64,000 bases of DNA, taken from positions 8,122,001-8,186,000 of the forward strand of contig CP075496.1 of assembly GCA_021613535.1 (NCBI GenBank). The letters are read 5' to 3'. Position 1 is the first letter of the stretch. Each line of letters begins with the position of its first letter. The position numbers were made by a program, and so were the translations under genes. This stretch comes from Adineta vaga. Taxonomy: Eukaryota > Animalia > Rotifera. This document shows, in pieces, positions 33,564-47,360 of this stretch. Below the pieces are notes generated by a model that saw nothing but the letters and a program-made list of their open reading frames with translations, was not told the origin of the DNA and did not search any database.

Positions 33564-34450
33564 TTAAATTTCATGAGCGAATAATTTTGAATAACATATC
33601 GAACAATATGCATTACCATTATATTCACAATAACGTTGATTTCGTAATGATACTGAACATGATGTACAAAGAAAACAATCATTATGAAATGGATGATTTT
33701 GATAAAGTACACCTTCATTTGGAATAGCCTAATAAATGAATGAAATTTCGAAAAAAAGGATTCTTCTTCTCGGACATATTTCTCTCAAATTTCTATAATC
33801 ACAAGAGAAATATTGAATTCAATACTTTGTGACATTTGATACAATAAATAGCAACAAGACGCATGTGACATGAAAGACAAAGATAATATTGATCACGACG
33901 TCGAAAATCGACATTAATTAACGATTGTTGACATCCATGACAAACAAAACACGATTTATGATAAAGATTTTTCTCAAATTCTGTACATTTATCATCTAAA
34001 ATGAATGTTATAGATTTTAAAGAAAAATTCCCATTTTAATAAATATGAAAATCTCAACTAGGTTCTAATGGTCGATTACAACGATAACATCGCTCAGCAA
34101 ATTCCACAATAAAACACGATCGACAATACAATTTTTCATTTCGATATGCAAATTTTTTCATTATCAAAGATTTTTTACATAGAGAACAATTGAAACACGT
34201 ATTATGCCATGTTTTATCTTGAAAATTACATCCCTACATTGACAAAACAAATGACAAATACACTTCTTCTATAAAGTTTTACTTGTATCTCAATACTTAT
34301 GATTTCATGACATTGAAAACAATGACTAGCAAATTTTTCTTCGAAACATGTTAAACAAACAGCAACACCATTTTGAATTATATAACGATGATCAGTTAAA
34401 TTCTTTTCACAATACCAACATAAGAATGAATTTGATTCATGATTTATCAT
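33564..34450 (-). CDS. FHL/limpet-like LIM-only protein (half LIM plus 3 LIM domains), 4 exons
   Basis: CWYCEKNLTDHRYII..VCLTCFEEKFASHCFQC..WHNTCFNCSLC..YHKSCFVCHGC..FHNDCFLCTSC..YCSICYSKLFAHEI*; start codon uncertain. Confidence 0.85.
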
Positions 34451-35706
34451 TAAAAGGAAATGAGTTTTCTGCGCGAAAAGCTCTAAATATTCTGATTCAT
34501 ATAGATGAACATACAAACGATATTATTTAAGAAATTTTTAAACAATCTTCATCAATTTTACAGGTTTTTCTGAGTTTTATTATCATCATCATTTCATATA
34601 TTCTCATCGTGTACGTATTGAGAAATGGATTGTTATGAACAGTTAGTCGTATCGGATAATTATGAATAGCATGTATATTAAGATCTCTAATAACATACTA
34701 CGAGAGACTTAATCAAAAGTTCCTTGCTTCTACTATTTTTATGTCTTATCACGTTCTAATGATCATCGAGTATATAAAATTTAAAAAGACTAAGACTTCA
34801 CTTTAATTCATTAGTATTTCATCTAAAACATCATGTCACATATAATTAAATAACTTGCCTTAACAGTCCACTGGTTTACTATATACATATATACGTTTAC
34901 TTTACTAAAATGTCTCAATATTCCAACAGTATAATATTTATTGATAAGTTCAATTGCAAATTTCATTCAACTTTCTCGAACATTACTTGTTGATATATCT
35001 GGCATTCCAATAATACAATCTAATACCTATATTGAACATCATTTGGTCAGCTTTTAAGATACCATGAAACATCAGTGTACAACCTAACGATTTGTTCATT
35101 GTGAAATTCTTTGTTGATTTACCTTCTAAGAAATAGTTGCTATGGAGCAATTGAAAAACCATTTTTTGAAATTTATCTTCACATCACATATATTTACTCG
35201 TAGGTAATTATTTTAATTTTACAATTTTACCATAAAATCTTTACTCGATATCAATCTAATCCTTAGTTCAAAGTCATTGTATTAGAAAAAACGTACTAGT
35301 GCACTTGTAATAGAGTATAGAAAAATTACTTATTACATAGTGATTCGTTGATATTATAACGAAACCTGACGATCACATACACTCAATAATGAAAGAATAA
35401 CTATAATCTTTGAAAGATTTTTCTCACCCTTTTTTTTTATTATATAAGTTTTATTATGGTGAATAGCCTTATTTATTTAGTGTTAAGAATTGAAATGAAA
35501 ACAACTGCCGTCAGTTCGTAATCGGATTAGAATGTAATAGAATTTCTCCGAATAGATAAACAAAATAAATATGTATTTATTCAAAAGATCAATGTTAATG
35601 AATATGTTAATAACGAGATACAAAAATCAAATTTACTCCCTTGTTTTTATTGATCTTTTTTCTTTTCTATGATCATTTAAAAACATCAAAAACGACTGTT
35701 CATACA

Positions 35707-36080
35707 TCAATAATGTTTTTTAGTTTTTCGATTATAATCCGTGGCATGAAAAGCAAGATCTTCCCAGTGAATTCGTTTGCCACGTTGTTGTTGTTTTTCA
35801 AGTTGATTTTGATCTATAGACATCAATACCTTCAAACTGTTCAGTGCTGTATGGGCTAGTTGATCTTGATTTTGTCGTACGGGCAGATCAACTAAATAAA
35901 GAATTACTTTATAAGAAAAACACGAAATAAATGTCCTTTTTTTCCTCTCTTACATAAGTAACTGGCAGCAACTGAACGCGGTAGAAACATTTCTTCCTTG
36001 TTGCCTAATTCTGTTCGATATTGTTGATCAGCATAAAACATAGGTAAGAAGAATAATGAGAGTAAAAAGAAGGTATACAT
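35707..36080 (-). CDS. Secreted prohormone/neuropeptide-precursor-like protein, 103 aa, 2 exons (36080-35954, 35891-35707)
   Basis: MYTFFLLSLFFLPMFYA signal-like start; 62-bp GT-AG intron in frame; ..LEKQQQRGKR-IHWEDLAFHATDYN-RK-TKKHY*. Confidence 0.7.
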
Positions 36081-36845
36081 GATTTGACGCAGTTTTTTTT
36101 TCAATTTAAAAGAATATCTTTCAATACTTGATTTTAGAATGAAAGAATTGAAGACTTGAATGAATAGATAAGTAATTATAGAATAGATATCGAATAAAAC
36201 ATAAGACAAGTATTTATACTGGAGATAGAATCTATGATGTAAAAAATTTTCAATTGAAATTGAAGAAAGCTGACATCCGAATAGATTGCATTTCCACATG
36301 ATATATAATGAGTCTTTTAGATTTTTCTCGTGAAAGCATGACATATCTCAATGAGATTTCTTACCGAATAAATGATTCATTAAATCCTATGTATTGATCT
36401 CATTTAAAATGCAATTACTATTATCACTAAATTATGATAGTTCGCACGACTAGTATTTAAGAGATCTGCGTCATTCATGACAATATCGTTGAGAACAATT
36501 ACAAAGGAAATAGCTCTCTGAGTACTTTAGCATTAACAACAGAACTACAAATGATCAAATTGAACTTTTTTGACAAAAATTTATTCTACATATTTTATAA
36601 TGTTCTTTAATATAAGATTGGCACTTAGTGACATCTATCAATACAAATGATTAGGTTTTTATTAATTGACAAGTAGAAAAACCAATTATCATCGAAATTC
36701 TTTTTTTCTCGATAAAAAAATGTAAATAGCATTTTATTGGTAATAGACTTGTCAAAAAACTTTCTCTATTGATCATTTACACAACGGATACATTGATCGA
36801 AATAAATCGAATCTATCACTTCGTTCAAGGTCATCTTCATTTAAC

Positions 36846-39800
36846 ATGACAGATTATATTCAATCATCTGATCGAGGTTTTTCAAATGTAAATTTAATAA
36901 AATTGTTCATCTTTTAGTCTTTTGTAAAAGTTTTCTTTTGATTTTCTTTTTAGCTTCAAGTTGGTTCACTCAATGATGGCGATAGTTTTGATACTGATCG
37001 TCTAAGTGGTTCATTACAATATGATGATGAAGATGATCAACTAAATGTTCCAATAGATGAAGATCTATCTCAACAACAAATAGTGAATTACTCAACAGTG
37101 AGAAAGGATGATAAGAAATCACGGAAAAAACAAGTAATGATCAAGACAATTTTTCTTGTTTTAATTTCATATGAAATACTTTGTTTTTTGTATGATTAGG
37201 AAGAAAATGAAAAACGTTTACAACGTCAACGTGAAAAAGATGAGAAAAAAACACGTAAAGAAGAAGAAAAGGATCGTAAAAAAAGTCAAAGTCGAACACG
37301 ATCTACTAATGAACGTAATGTTAATACAAATAAATTTCAAATAAAACTGATCATGTTGAATAATAGTGAAGAATATATCGATATAGGAGTATGTAGACAA
37401 AAGAGAATTCCATCGATTGAAATGATTATTTAATGAATTCTTTTAGAAAGATGATGAGGGTAAAAAATTATTTGCAAAAGTATGTGAAATGATTAATTTG
37501 GAAGAAAAAGATTATTTTGGATTAACATTTTTAAATAATGAAAATACTCGTGTAAGTTAAAATTCTTTATTTTCTTCTTTTTGTTTGATCGTGAACATCT
37601 TATAGGCATGGTTGGATAATGATAAACGAGTTCGAAGTCAATTGAAAGGTAAGCAGATTTCGAGATTCAATGAAAGAAATCAATGGTTGAATTTTAGGTG
37701 TTGAACCAATTTTTTATTTACAAGTGAAATTCTATCCACCAGAACCAGCTCTACTTCAAGAAGATCTAACTCGGTAAATAGATTCTTATGCAAGAAAGCT
37801 CTTACCACCTGCTGAGTTCTCATAACGCCTATTCTCTTGAAAAAAGAAAAAGAACGCAAAGGTTCTCATTCATAGGCATGTATAGAAATCAGTAATGTTA
37901 TGTTTCATAGAGAACAAAAGAATCCAAGTATTTTGTTAGATAATCAATACATTCATTTTGTTCTTGTTATAAAAATCAATCAAAATGAATAATATGCTTG
38001 CTGTGAAATGATTAGATCAATGTAGAATAAATTATTTTACTGATCAAGTATCCTTTAGAATAACCAAGTAGATGTGATAATAGACTTTCATGAAGAAAAA
38101 ACGCAAGAATTTCTAAATGGAAAATGAAAGGTCAATGATTTCTATATGATAATTAGCGGAAAAAGAAACTTATTTTCAATAAGGACAAACGATAGATGAA
38201 AAAATCTTTTTGATTTTTTTCCAATAGATTTCAATTATGTCTTCAATTACAACAAGATATTTGTTCGGGAAAGTAAGTTATATAATTGATTTTTTTGCTC
38301 GGAAGAACAATCTATGGTTTATCTTCATTTTTAATTAGATTACCATGTTCATTTGTGACTTATGCACTTTTGGGTTCATATACAGCACAAGCTGAACTAG
38401 GAGATTATAGTGAATATGATCATGGTCCAACATTAGATTACTTGAAAGGTCTTCAATTTGCACCGGTACAAGATGATGAATTACTACGCCGTATACACGA
38501 ACAACATAAACGACATGCGTATGTTGAATATCATTTGAATTTTTTCTCAGAAAATAGTATGAAAATTTCTTTGATTAATAGTGGACAAACACCAAGTGCA
38601 GCTGATTTACATTTTCTTGAAAATGCTAAGAAATTAGCTATGTATGGTGTCGATATTCATCCAGCACAAGTATGATATTAAACTTGATATTGATATGCAA
38701 TTTGACATTTTTCATCTCTTATTACTAGGATTCTGAAAATGTTGATATTAATATAGGTGTATCTGCTAATGGTTTATTAATCTATCGCGATAAATTACGT
38801 ATTAATCGTTTTGCTTGGCCAAAAATTTTGAAAATTTCGTACAAACGACGATATTTTTTCATTAAACTTCGCCCAAGTGATGTTCGTACTTTCTCTTTCG
38901 AATGTGAACAAAACTTATCTTCGTTATAAATCTTTTAGTTTGATCGATATGAAAGTACAATTGGTTTTAAATTACCTTCCTATCGAGCAGCTAAATCGTT
39001 ATGGAAAATAGCTGTTGAACATCATGCTTTTTTTCGGTAAGAATAATTTTCAATAAGATTAAATCAGATTTTATTTCGTTTTCTATTCCAGTCTTCGTCG
39101 ACCGGAAGAACTACGCAAACGACCTATTCTTCCACGATTTAATTCAACTTTTCGTTATACAGGAACATATACCTATCATCAAGCTCGGCAATTATTACTC
39201 GATCGACCAAATCCTGATTTTGAAAGATCATTAAGTAAACGAATGACTCAAAGTCTTGATGTTTGTAAGTAAACCCTGCTATTTAATAATATCTTCGTTT
39301 TTTTACAAAAAAAAACAAAATTTCATTTAGTAAACAATGCTAATAATACAGGTGATATTTGTTTTTCTTCTGAGTACTCTCTACTTCTTGCTTGTTATAC
39401 TCACTGATTGTTCACTTTTATTTCTAAAATAAGAAAATAGAATTAACTCTTTGATTTACTTTTCATTTAGCGACTGGTGAAATAACCCGACCAAGTCGAC
39501 CAATTGTTCAACGACCAATGCCACGACCACAAAGTGTCGAACCATTCTTTACAACACATCAAGTACAAATACCGATTGTATGTTTTTCTTTCTATCTATC
39601 TTCGTTTTTTTTCTTCTATCTATTCATTTTCTATACCAACAGACCTAATTATTCAGGTAACAGGCATGATGAAAGAAACAAAAATAAAACATTGAATTTG
39701 GATAGTTTTTTTTCGATCATAAAAGATGCATGGATTTGCTGTTTGAAAAGAAAAATGAACATTGAATAGATAATTAAATTTGAATTTTATTTAGAACGAA

Positions 39801-40391
39801 GACGATGATATTCCACGACGACCAATTATTAAAGATCCAGAATATGCACATGTGAAAAAGAAACCAGAACGAGAACCAATTCAACGACCACCCGTAAGAA
39901 ATTTGCCTTGTTCATTGTGTTCGATAGAATCTTACGAGATTTTTAAGATCATACCACTATAATTTGCTCTAAGTTATGTATCATAGAGTTAAAGACTTAC
40001 ATTCGTATCGTAATGGTCTCCAGAGAAATGATCTACTAATTTTTTATTATGAACTAGTAATCATAAACTTAATATTTCCAACTTTTCTAATATTTAGGAA
40101 ACTAAACCAAAACGACCACCAACTTATGTGAACGTTCCAGTAAGTCATTACACATCATTGCTATCTTTTCATTCAATAATTTTCCTTTCTAGCCGGAACC
40201 ACCAGTGCGTCCGCCAGCACCACGTGAGGCATCACCAACGATGGATCCAGATGAAGTAAACCAAATGAAATTTATTCTTTCGTTAAATTTTTACTTTTAT
40301 TCCTATTTAGGCGCTTCTTGCCGCTATTCGTCTGGCCACTGATCTTGATCCAAACAAGCAAGCAGAACAAGTAGTTATGAACAACAGTTGA
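36846..40391 (+). CDS. Band 4.1 / coracle-like FERM protein (FERM, FA, short 4.1 C-terminal motif), multi-exon
   Basis: [91 protein letters not shown]; ends [26 protein letters not shown]. Confidence 0.92.
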
Positions 40392-40837
40392 AGCTCTTTC
40401 AATCTTTTTTACACCTCTTTTTTTTTATCAAAAATATGTAAAAGATAAATTTTATTTCTTTCTTAAAAAACACATAAGAACGAGCTTTTTCTTTCGTTGT
40501 ACTATCAAATATTGTGCACATAATCTACCTGTCATTTATATTCCTATATTTAGATGTCAATAGTGTATGTATGTTTTCAGTGCTTTTTTTTTTAATCAAA
40601 TTTGTTTTTTCTGTCTTCTGTGCTAGATTTTCACCTTTTCTGTATACGCTTACCTATTATTTTTTATGTGATTGATTTTTCTTGAATATGTAGATAATAA
40701 ATCATTTTGTTTTGATAATCATAAATATTTTACTGATGATTATAGAATAATACCTACTGTAATAACGCATAGATGCTGATACATCTACGAAACATTTTAT
40801 TTATATTCGAGAAAAACGAAGAATGTAAATTGATTAA

Positions 40838-42919
40838 TCATAGTTTTGATGAAACACGTTCAATACTTTCTTCAATTTGTAAAACATCATGATGTGTCGG
40901 TGGTAATGATTGTCGATAGATTGTTGCCGCTTTTTTCAAATATGATAATGCTTGTATATATGCACCTCGATTCTCATACACATACCCCATATTTTCCAAT
41001 GTTGATGCGATTGATGGATGTTGTGGAGGAAGAGCTTTTGTTTTGATTTTTAAAGCTAAATTATAATTTTCAATTGCAAGATCATGATGACCAAGACGTT
41101 CATAAACAGCACCAATATTATTATGTAAACCAGCAAGATCATGATGATTCGTCGATGGAAGTTTATCACGAATGGCTAAAGCTTTTTGAAATGATTCAAG
41201 TGCTTCACGATAATTCTTTTCACGTTTATAAACAACACCCATATTATTAAAACATCCAGCAACATTCGGATGATTTTTTCCGTACGCTCGTTTCCAAATA
41301 TTCAATGCTTTATTAAATGCATCTAAAGCTTTATCATGCTCACCTTTATGTTGATAAACAATACCAATACAATTATAACTTTGTGCTATACTTGGATCAT
41401 TTGATTTCATAATTTTTAATTTGATTTCTAATGATTTATGTAACCATTCAAGACTATTATCATAATCACCTTTGATTTCTCCAATTCGACCGAGATGATG
41501 ATAAGTTCGACTAATAATATCTTGATCATATGTAGAATTTTGTAATAAACGTTGATAACACTTTTCAGCTTCATCAGTTTTTCCCATTCGTCGTAAGGCA
41601 TTACCAAATGAAAGGAGATTTATATCCTGTTCTCCATATTGATGTTTAATATGATCAAATATTGTTTTGAAATGATGATCATCATCACTACATAAGGTTA
41701 AATGTATGATTGTAAGATGATTCTTCATTCGAGTCACACTATTTACACGAAAGATACTTCCCAAGGAAAATAAAATTCTTGGTTCTTCCGTTGTTTGACC
41801 ATATAGAGTAATATTTGCAAATGGTTTGATCTTTCCCAATCGATAATCGGCATCGATTTTGAAAAGAATTTTTCTAACTGTATCATTATCTGGTTCATAA
41901 TCATTGAAATAATTCAATGCATCATTACGATTAATAAATGCAGAGAGAAATTTATTAATAGAAATATATTTTTCAACGGATTCTTCGAAAATATCTAATT
42001 CATCTGCTGATATTAAATAAGTTCGATAAACACGTTTTAATACTGTCGATTGATATTGTTTTAATTGCCGAATAAGATCATGAATAAAGAATTGAAGTAT
42101 ATAGAGTAAATCAATATTCATCGAATTTAAAGATTTATTTAATAATTGATATAAAAATGAATCCAAATTATACCACCATAAAGCATTCGATGAAAGATAA
42201 CTATATTCAAATTCATGTAAAATTTTCATTTGCTCAGCATTATCACGATATTCATTTTTACATAAATCAATTAATTCTTTTTTATTTTCAATTATTTGTT
42301 CATCGGTTAATTCTGTATGTAAAAGAAAGTGTACTAATAATTGTGATTGAAGAAAATGTGTATTGATATTTAATGGTAAATTATTAGTAGCCTGATTAGC
42401 ATCGAAGATATTGAATTTCAAAGGTTCTTGTAACTTTTTTCGTTTCATATGATCAATTTTTAAATGTGTAATAACTTCATTAAAATCATTCTGAGCATAT
42501 CTTATCTAAATTGTTTTTCAATATAATAATGAAAAAGAAGAGAAATGATAAAGATATCATCAAACCTTTTTATATTGTTCAATCCATTCATAAGTTGCTT
42601 CATTGTCGGTAGAATAAACGTAAATGGATGTTATTCGTCGAAGATCATGTACACGTGAAGTAAGTTGTAAAGCAAATTTATCATTAGTTAATATAACAAG
42701 TCGATCATCTTTTGATAAAGATCGAATATATTGTTCACAATCATCAATATCATCGAAGAGTTTTAGATAATTTATAAGTGAACGAAGTTGTTGTTGAATT
42801 TCAACATTATCATGATTACTATTTGGCGATGATTCAAACCAAATTAATGTAAAAATTTCAAGATTTTCACCTAATGATGATAATAAGGACGGTCGATTTG
42901 ATGAGTCATTAGAGTCCAT
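40838..42919 (-). CDS. TPR-repeat protein with N-terminal receiver-like and central ART-like regions; intron 42565-42506
   Basis: LEIFTLIWF..SIYVYS N-terminal domain, ALWWYNLDSFLYQLLNKSL, RVYR, ILFKID, ILFSLGSIFRV, then ~6-7 42-aa TPRs (HPSIASTLENMGYVY type). This architecture is greatly expanded in bdelloid rotifers. Confidence 0.85.
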
Positions 42920-43875
42920 CTTTCAAGAATAAATATATGCAATAAGTAAACGTTCTTTTAGATTGTAAGTTTAGTTTTGATTTACCTTTATCAACGATCA
43001 TTTGAAAAGTACGCGTGCGTATGTGCATTACACCGGAACGATAAAATAAACAGAAAAAATACAGAAAAAGAAGATGATAAATATGTTTTTTTCCTAAACG
43101 ACAGAACAGAAAAATAACAGTAACTGATTGCATACGTCAAGAGGCAAATTTTCACCTAAGTATTAAGGTATAGATATTATCATAAGATACTATTTTCGAC
43201 CAGATATATAAAAGGATTTTATAATCAACTCGTCTATTGATTAATATGATAGAAACAAAATCACGAATGAAATAAAAACGTCATCAGATTGATTACGTGT
43301 GTACCGCCCACTAGCGTTTTCATATAAATTGAACAAACACAGATATTCTTCAGTAAAAATATGTATTCATATTAGGGTAAAACATTTGTCTATTTTCTCA
43401 CGAAAGAAAACAAAATTGTTTATATAAGATTATAATCTCATCTTGAAGACAAAAAGAAGAAGTATTTCGACTTCCATTTCGACAATAATACACTGACTAT
43501 TATCATTATCGAACAATTATCAACTAGTTGAAGTATATATAGTTCTTTATAACTATAGGGCACGATCGAATGCCTTAGGTTGTAAATGCAGATGTGTGCA
43601 CCCGTTGTGTTTTTTACTTTGATCTTGTTTATTTTTGCCTATTCTTTCATTGAGATTGTACATTTGACTATGATAAACAAATGACGTCTATATATGTGGG
43701 TGTGTGTGTGTGTGTATATTCAACACATCTTTAACCATTTGTCATTTAGCTAGAAGTACTCGTTCGAACTTGATTAATATTATTTGCTTTATTTTTCTTT
43801 TCATTTGTAGAAACATCGCAAAACACGCACAGATACAAGAAATTGGAATGTATATATAGTTTTCTCTATTTGTTT

Positions 43876-45657
43876 CTATGAATTTTTTGTATGAAAAAGA
43901 TCTAAATCCTTCTTATTGTCATTCATTAATGTTGTTGTTCCTGTTATTGTTTTGTCAAATGTTTTATTCATTTCGGATAAATAATTTTGTAAAGCTGACA
44001 TGGCACCAACAATTGCTGGTGTACCAAAACCATGTGTAACCAAAGAAAAATGTGTTAAATGCTTTTGTATAGAAATATCCAGAACAGGCGCTAAACGACT
44101 ATTCGTTCCTAATGGTGAACGATCTTGAGATAATAAATCTGTAAATTCTTTTATTAATTGTCTAAAATGAAAGTCGATGAATTATGGAATACGAAAAAGT
44201 GGAATTTTAATTACTTTGCAGCCAGAATATTCTGTTTTCGTTTTGTAATTCCAGCTGGTTCATGTAGATGATGTGTTGCATGATATTGACGATTATTGTA
44301 TTCTGCACATTGACGAGCAGGAAATTCTTGATCACATACATAATGAAAATCACGAGCTAAATGAGCAGCTTCACCTTCAACAAGTGATGTTAACAAAGTC
44401 ACTGTTGCTGCTTTACGTCTTCCAGCTGGAAGATTAACACCTATTTTTTCAAGTTTTTCCCGTAAAATTCGTCCACCATTTTTAGATTTTGCTCTAAAAT
44501 AAGTCGAAAAAAGGTGCATAGAAGTAGCATAAAAATGAGAAAAACTATACCGTCGTAATATTCCTCCAAGTAACGAAGCATTAAGACATTCCGGTGGTGA
44601 AAGACGTCTTTGAACTTCAGATACGCATACTTTATATTTAGAATTTGAACTAAGTAATGATAATCGTCCTGGAACACTGCAAAAGACATCTGTTGGAGCG
44701 ATTGGGCCATTGCCAGTACCTAAGTTCAATTGAATACCTTCTTTTGAATCAACACGACGTGGATCTATAGATTAAAAAAAAACGACGAGAATTATTTTTT
44801 AATATTTTCTTCTACTATTTTAATTACATACCGCGTTGAAAAGATGCTCTGTAATGTTCAGACAAACCTGGAGGACCATTATCATCGAGGCCTGGAACCT
44901 AAAACAACCTTTATTAGGAAAATATGAGTAAAACTAGTTGAACTTACACGAAAGGCTGCTGTATTCGTCGGATCACTTCCCAATAAACCGTTACGATAAA
45001 GTTGTAAAGATTCTGGATCGAGTACCATTGCATGTCGTGTATAATATGAAGCAGCATATTCTGCATATGTACCATAGGGATGACTCAATGGTGCTGTTGT
45101 TTCATCAATGGCTGATGAACGTACGAGAGAATTATAAGATTGTGCTGTTTGATTACCGGTAAATGGTGGTGATGATGATGAAGACACATAATCAAAATTA
45201 TGCGAATGATTCGCTTGAATTTGCTCGAAAGGATGTTGATGATGAGAAACTGTGTGAAATGGTGGAGGAAAATATGGTGGTTGAAAATCAACACTACTCG
45301 TCGTAGATGAAACAGGAATCGATGATGTTGATGCTTGACTATTTGTTCGATTTGCACCTGTTGAAGCATTTGTGAAATTATTTGATCGATCCTAGAATAT
45401 AGATTCAATTATTTGTCCTTCATATATCTTTAAAAACGAATCTTCCTGATATTAGGAAAATATCTTAGTCTCTTTTTTTTTATTCATATATACACATTTA
45501 CTCCTATAACATCTGTATATAATGGATAAAAATATGATTTCTCTCTTATCTTTTGACTATATGTATGCAGGACACTATCCCTTTCGATAGCAAGCCAATT
45601 TACCTGCCAGGAATTTTCGGCAAGATGATGATGATGATGAAGGTGATGAAATGACAT
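43876..45657 (-). CDS. TFAP2: Transcription factor AP-2, multi-exon (alternative upstream ATG at 45705)
   Basis: [13 protein letters not shown] motif; [64 protein letters not shown]. Confidence 0.96.
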
Positions 45658-47360
45658 GAGACGACCGCTTGCGGATGTATTCGTACAATGTGTAATGCTA
45701 TGCAAACGCTGTTCGGATCAAATCGCAGGCAAGCAAGAAACAGAGCGAGAAAGAGAAAAAGAAATAATGTCAGTAGGAAAAATGGCTAATGGGTGTTCGA
45801 TGAATGTATGGATAGTGTTGTATGCCGTACCAGTTCCGATGTTTCTATTCGTCGTTATTGCTTCTACTGCCTTCAAGTAAAACGAAAGAGAATATGATAG
45901 AAAGAAGAAAAGGAGAAAAGGAGAGACAGAGACAGAGAGAAATATAAAGAAAATCGACTTTTTTTCCACGTTTTCTGCTGCTAGCATTATATAAATAATA
46001 ATAAAGACAAACTTTTCTCTCTCTCCCTCTTTTTTTCCTGCTTTTGTGTACATTGTTTCATTACTGTTGATGACTATCGACTTCTTTTTCTTTTTCTCTC
46101 CTTTTCATCTATTTGGATTGGTTACAACTAAGAAAAGAAAAATATACTTAAAAGCGGATTGGTTATGTCAATAAATGGATGAAAGATGAAATATAAGCAT
46201 ATAAAACAAAAATAGAAGTCAATTTTGTTAATCTTTGAAAAGATTTTTTTTCGCAAAAGAAAAGAAGGTTGAATACTTTGCTTTTTAATAAATTAGTATA
46301 AAAACTTTTTTTTGTACTGTTTATTCGATCACATTACTATTTCTTATATATAACAAATTAGCAAGATTGAATGATCGATGACTTAATCTTTAAAGAAAAT
46401 AGATTTTGTCTAATTTTTTGGAATAATATAAAGCTCGAGGTAAAATTACAGTTCCATTGAGTAGAGATAGCAACTACCGTTTATTGGTTATATCGTTGAT
46501 GGCGCTTGAGGGCAATGCCTGATATTATCACCATCATCATCATGATCATCATTGCCAGTCTTCATTGCTTAAATGGGTTATATCAACAAAATGCCTGAAC
46601 AGTATACGAGCATTCGATTCGAAACACTTGAACTAATAGGATGTTGATTCAAGTGTTTAGCTTACCTGATCCGCCGGCATCAATGTCGGCAAATAGCTAA
46701 CTTCTTTAACGTTAAAAATAAATTGAAACGCATTCGTTCGTTTCTTTTACTCATTTTCTACTTGACTTGTCAATAACGAAAAAAAAAGAAGAAGAAGAGA
46801 GACAAGAGAATATGTTCAAACATTTAGTGAGTAAGCAAGCGTAAGAAAATGAAACATATTCTCTCACTTAGCTATTTCGATGTATGAGAACAAAATCAAA
46901 AAAATGTTCTTTTCTTGTCTTACAATAAGGTCAATGCAGTTTTATTTCTATCTCACCATCGTCATCATCATCATTATTATTATTACAATGACTTCTAGCA
47001 ATAATTTCATTAACGGAACAGCATGTCCGCCTCCTTTTTTTTTGATGAGACATCATCCAAGAATCAAAGATTTAATGTAACCCTGAGGCTTCAAGAATGC
47101 AATAGGCTTCTTCAACGTCTTTGACCGGCTGGAATTGTTCACACGGAAGCAGATATTTGTATAAGCGAATAGACAAGTATTCCGTGTAATCAATCGAAAA
47201 TGATGATCTCTAACAAAAGATTTAACTGATGATCAATATATCGATATGAAAAGATGTGTACATAGTAGAAAAGTAAATAATGTTCACATTTGATAATGAA
47301 TTTTGTCTTAAGCGCCGATTTTAATATGATAATTAATGTGGATAAACGCTTGGAAAAAAC

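Noticed and set aside
35857-35894. 10-bp inverted repeat TAGTTGATCT..AGATCAACTA resembling a miRNA hairpin
   Set aside because: Too short for a pre-miRNA and lies at the start of coding exon 2 of the prohormone-like gene.
39641-39660. Possible extra microexon in the FERM gene
   Set aside because: Begins with an in-frame stop in the required phase; flanking exons join cleanly without it.
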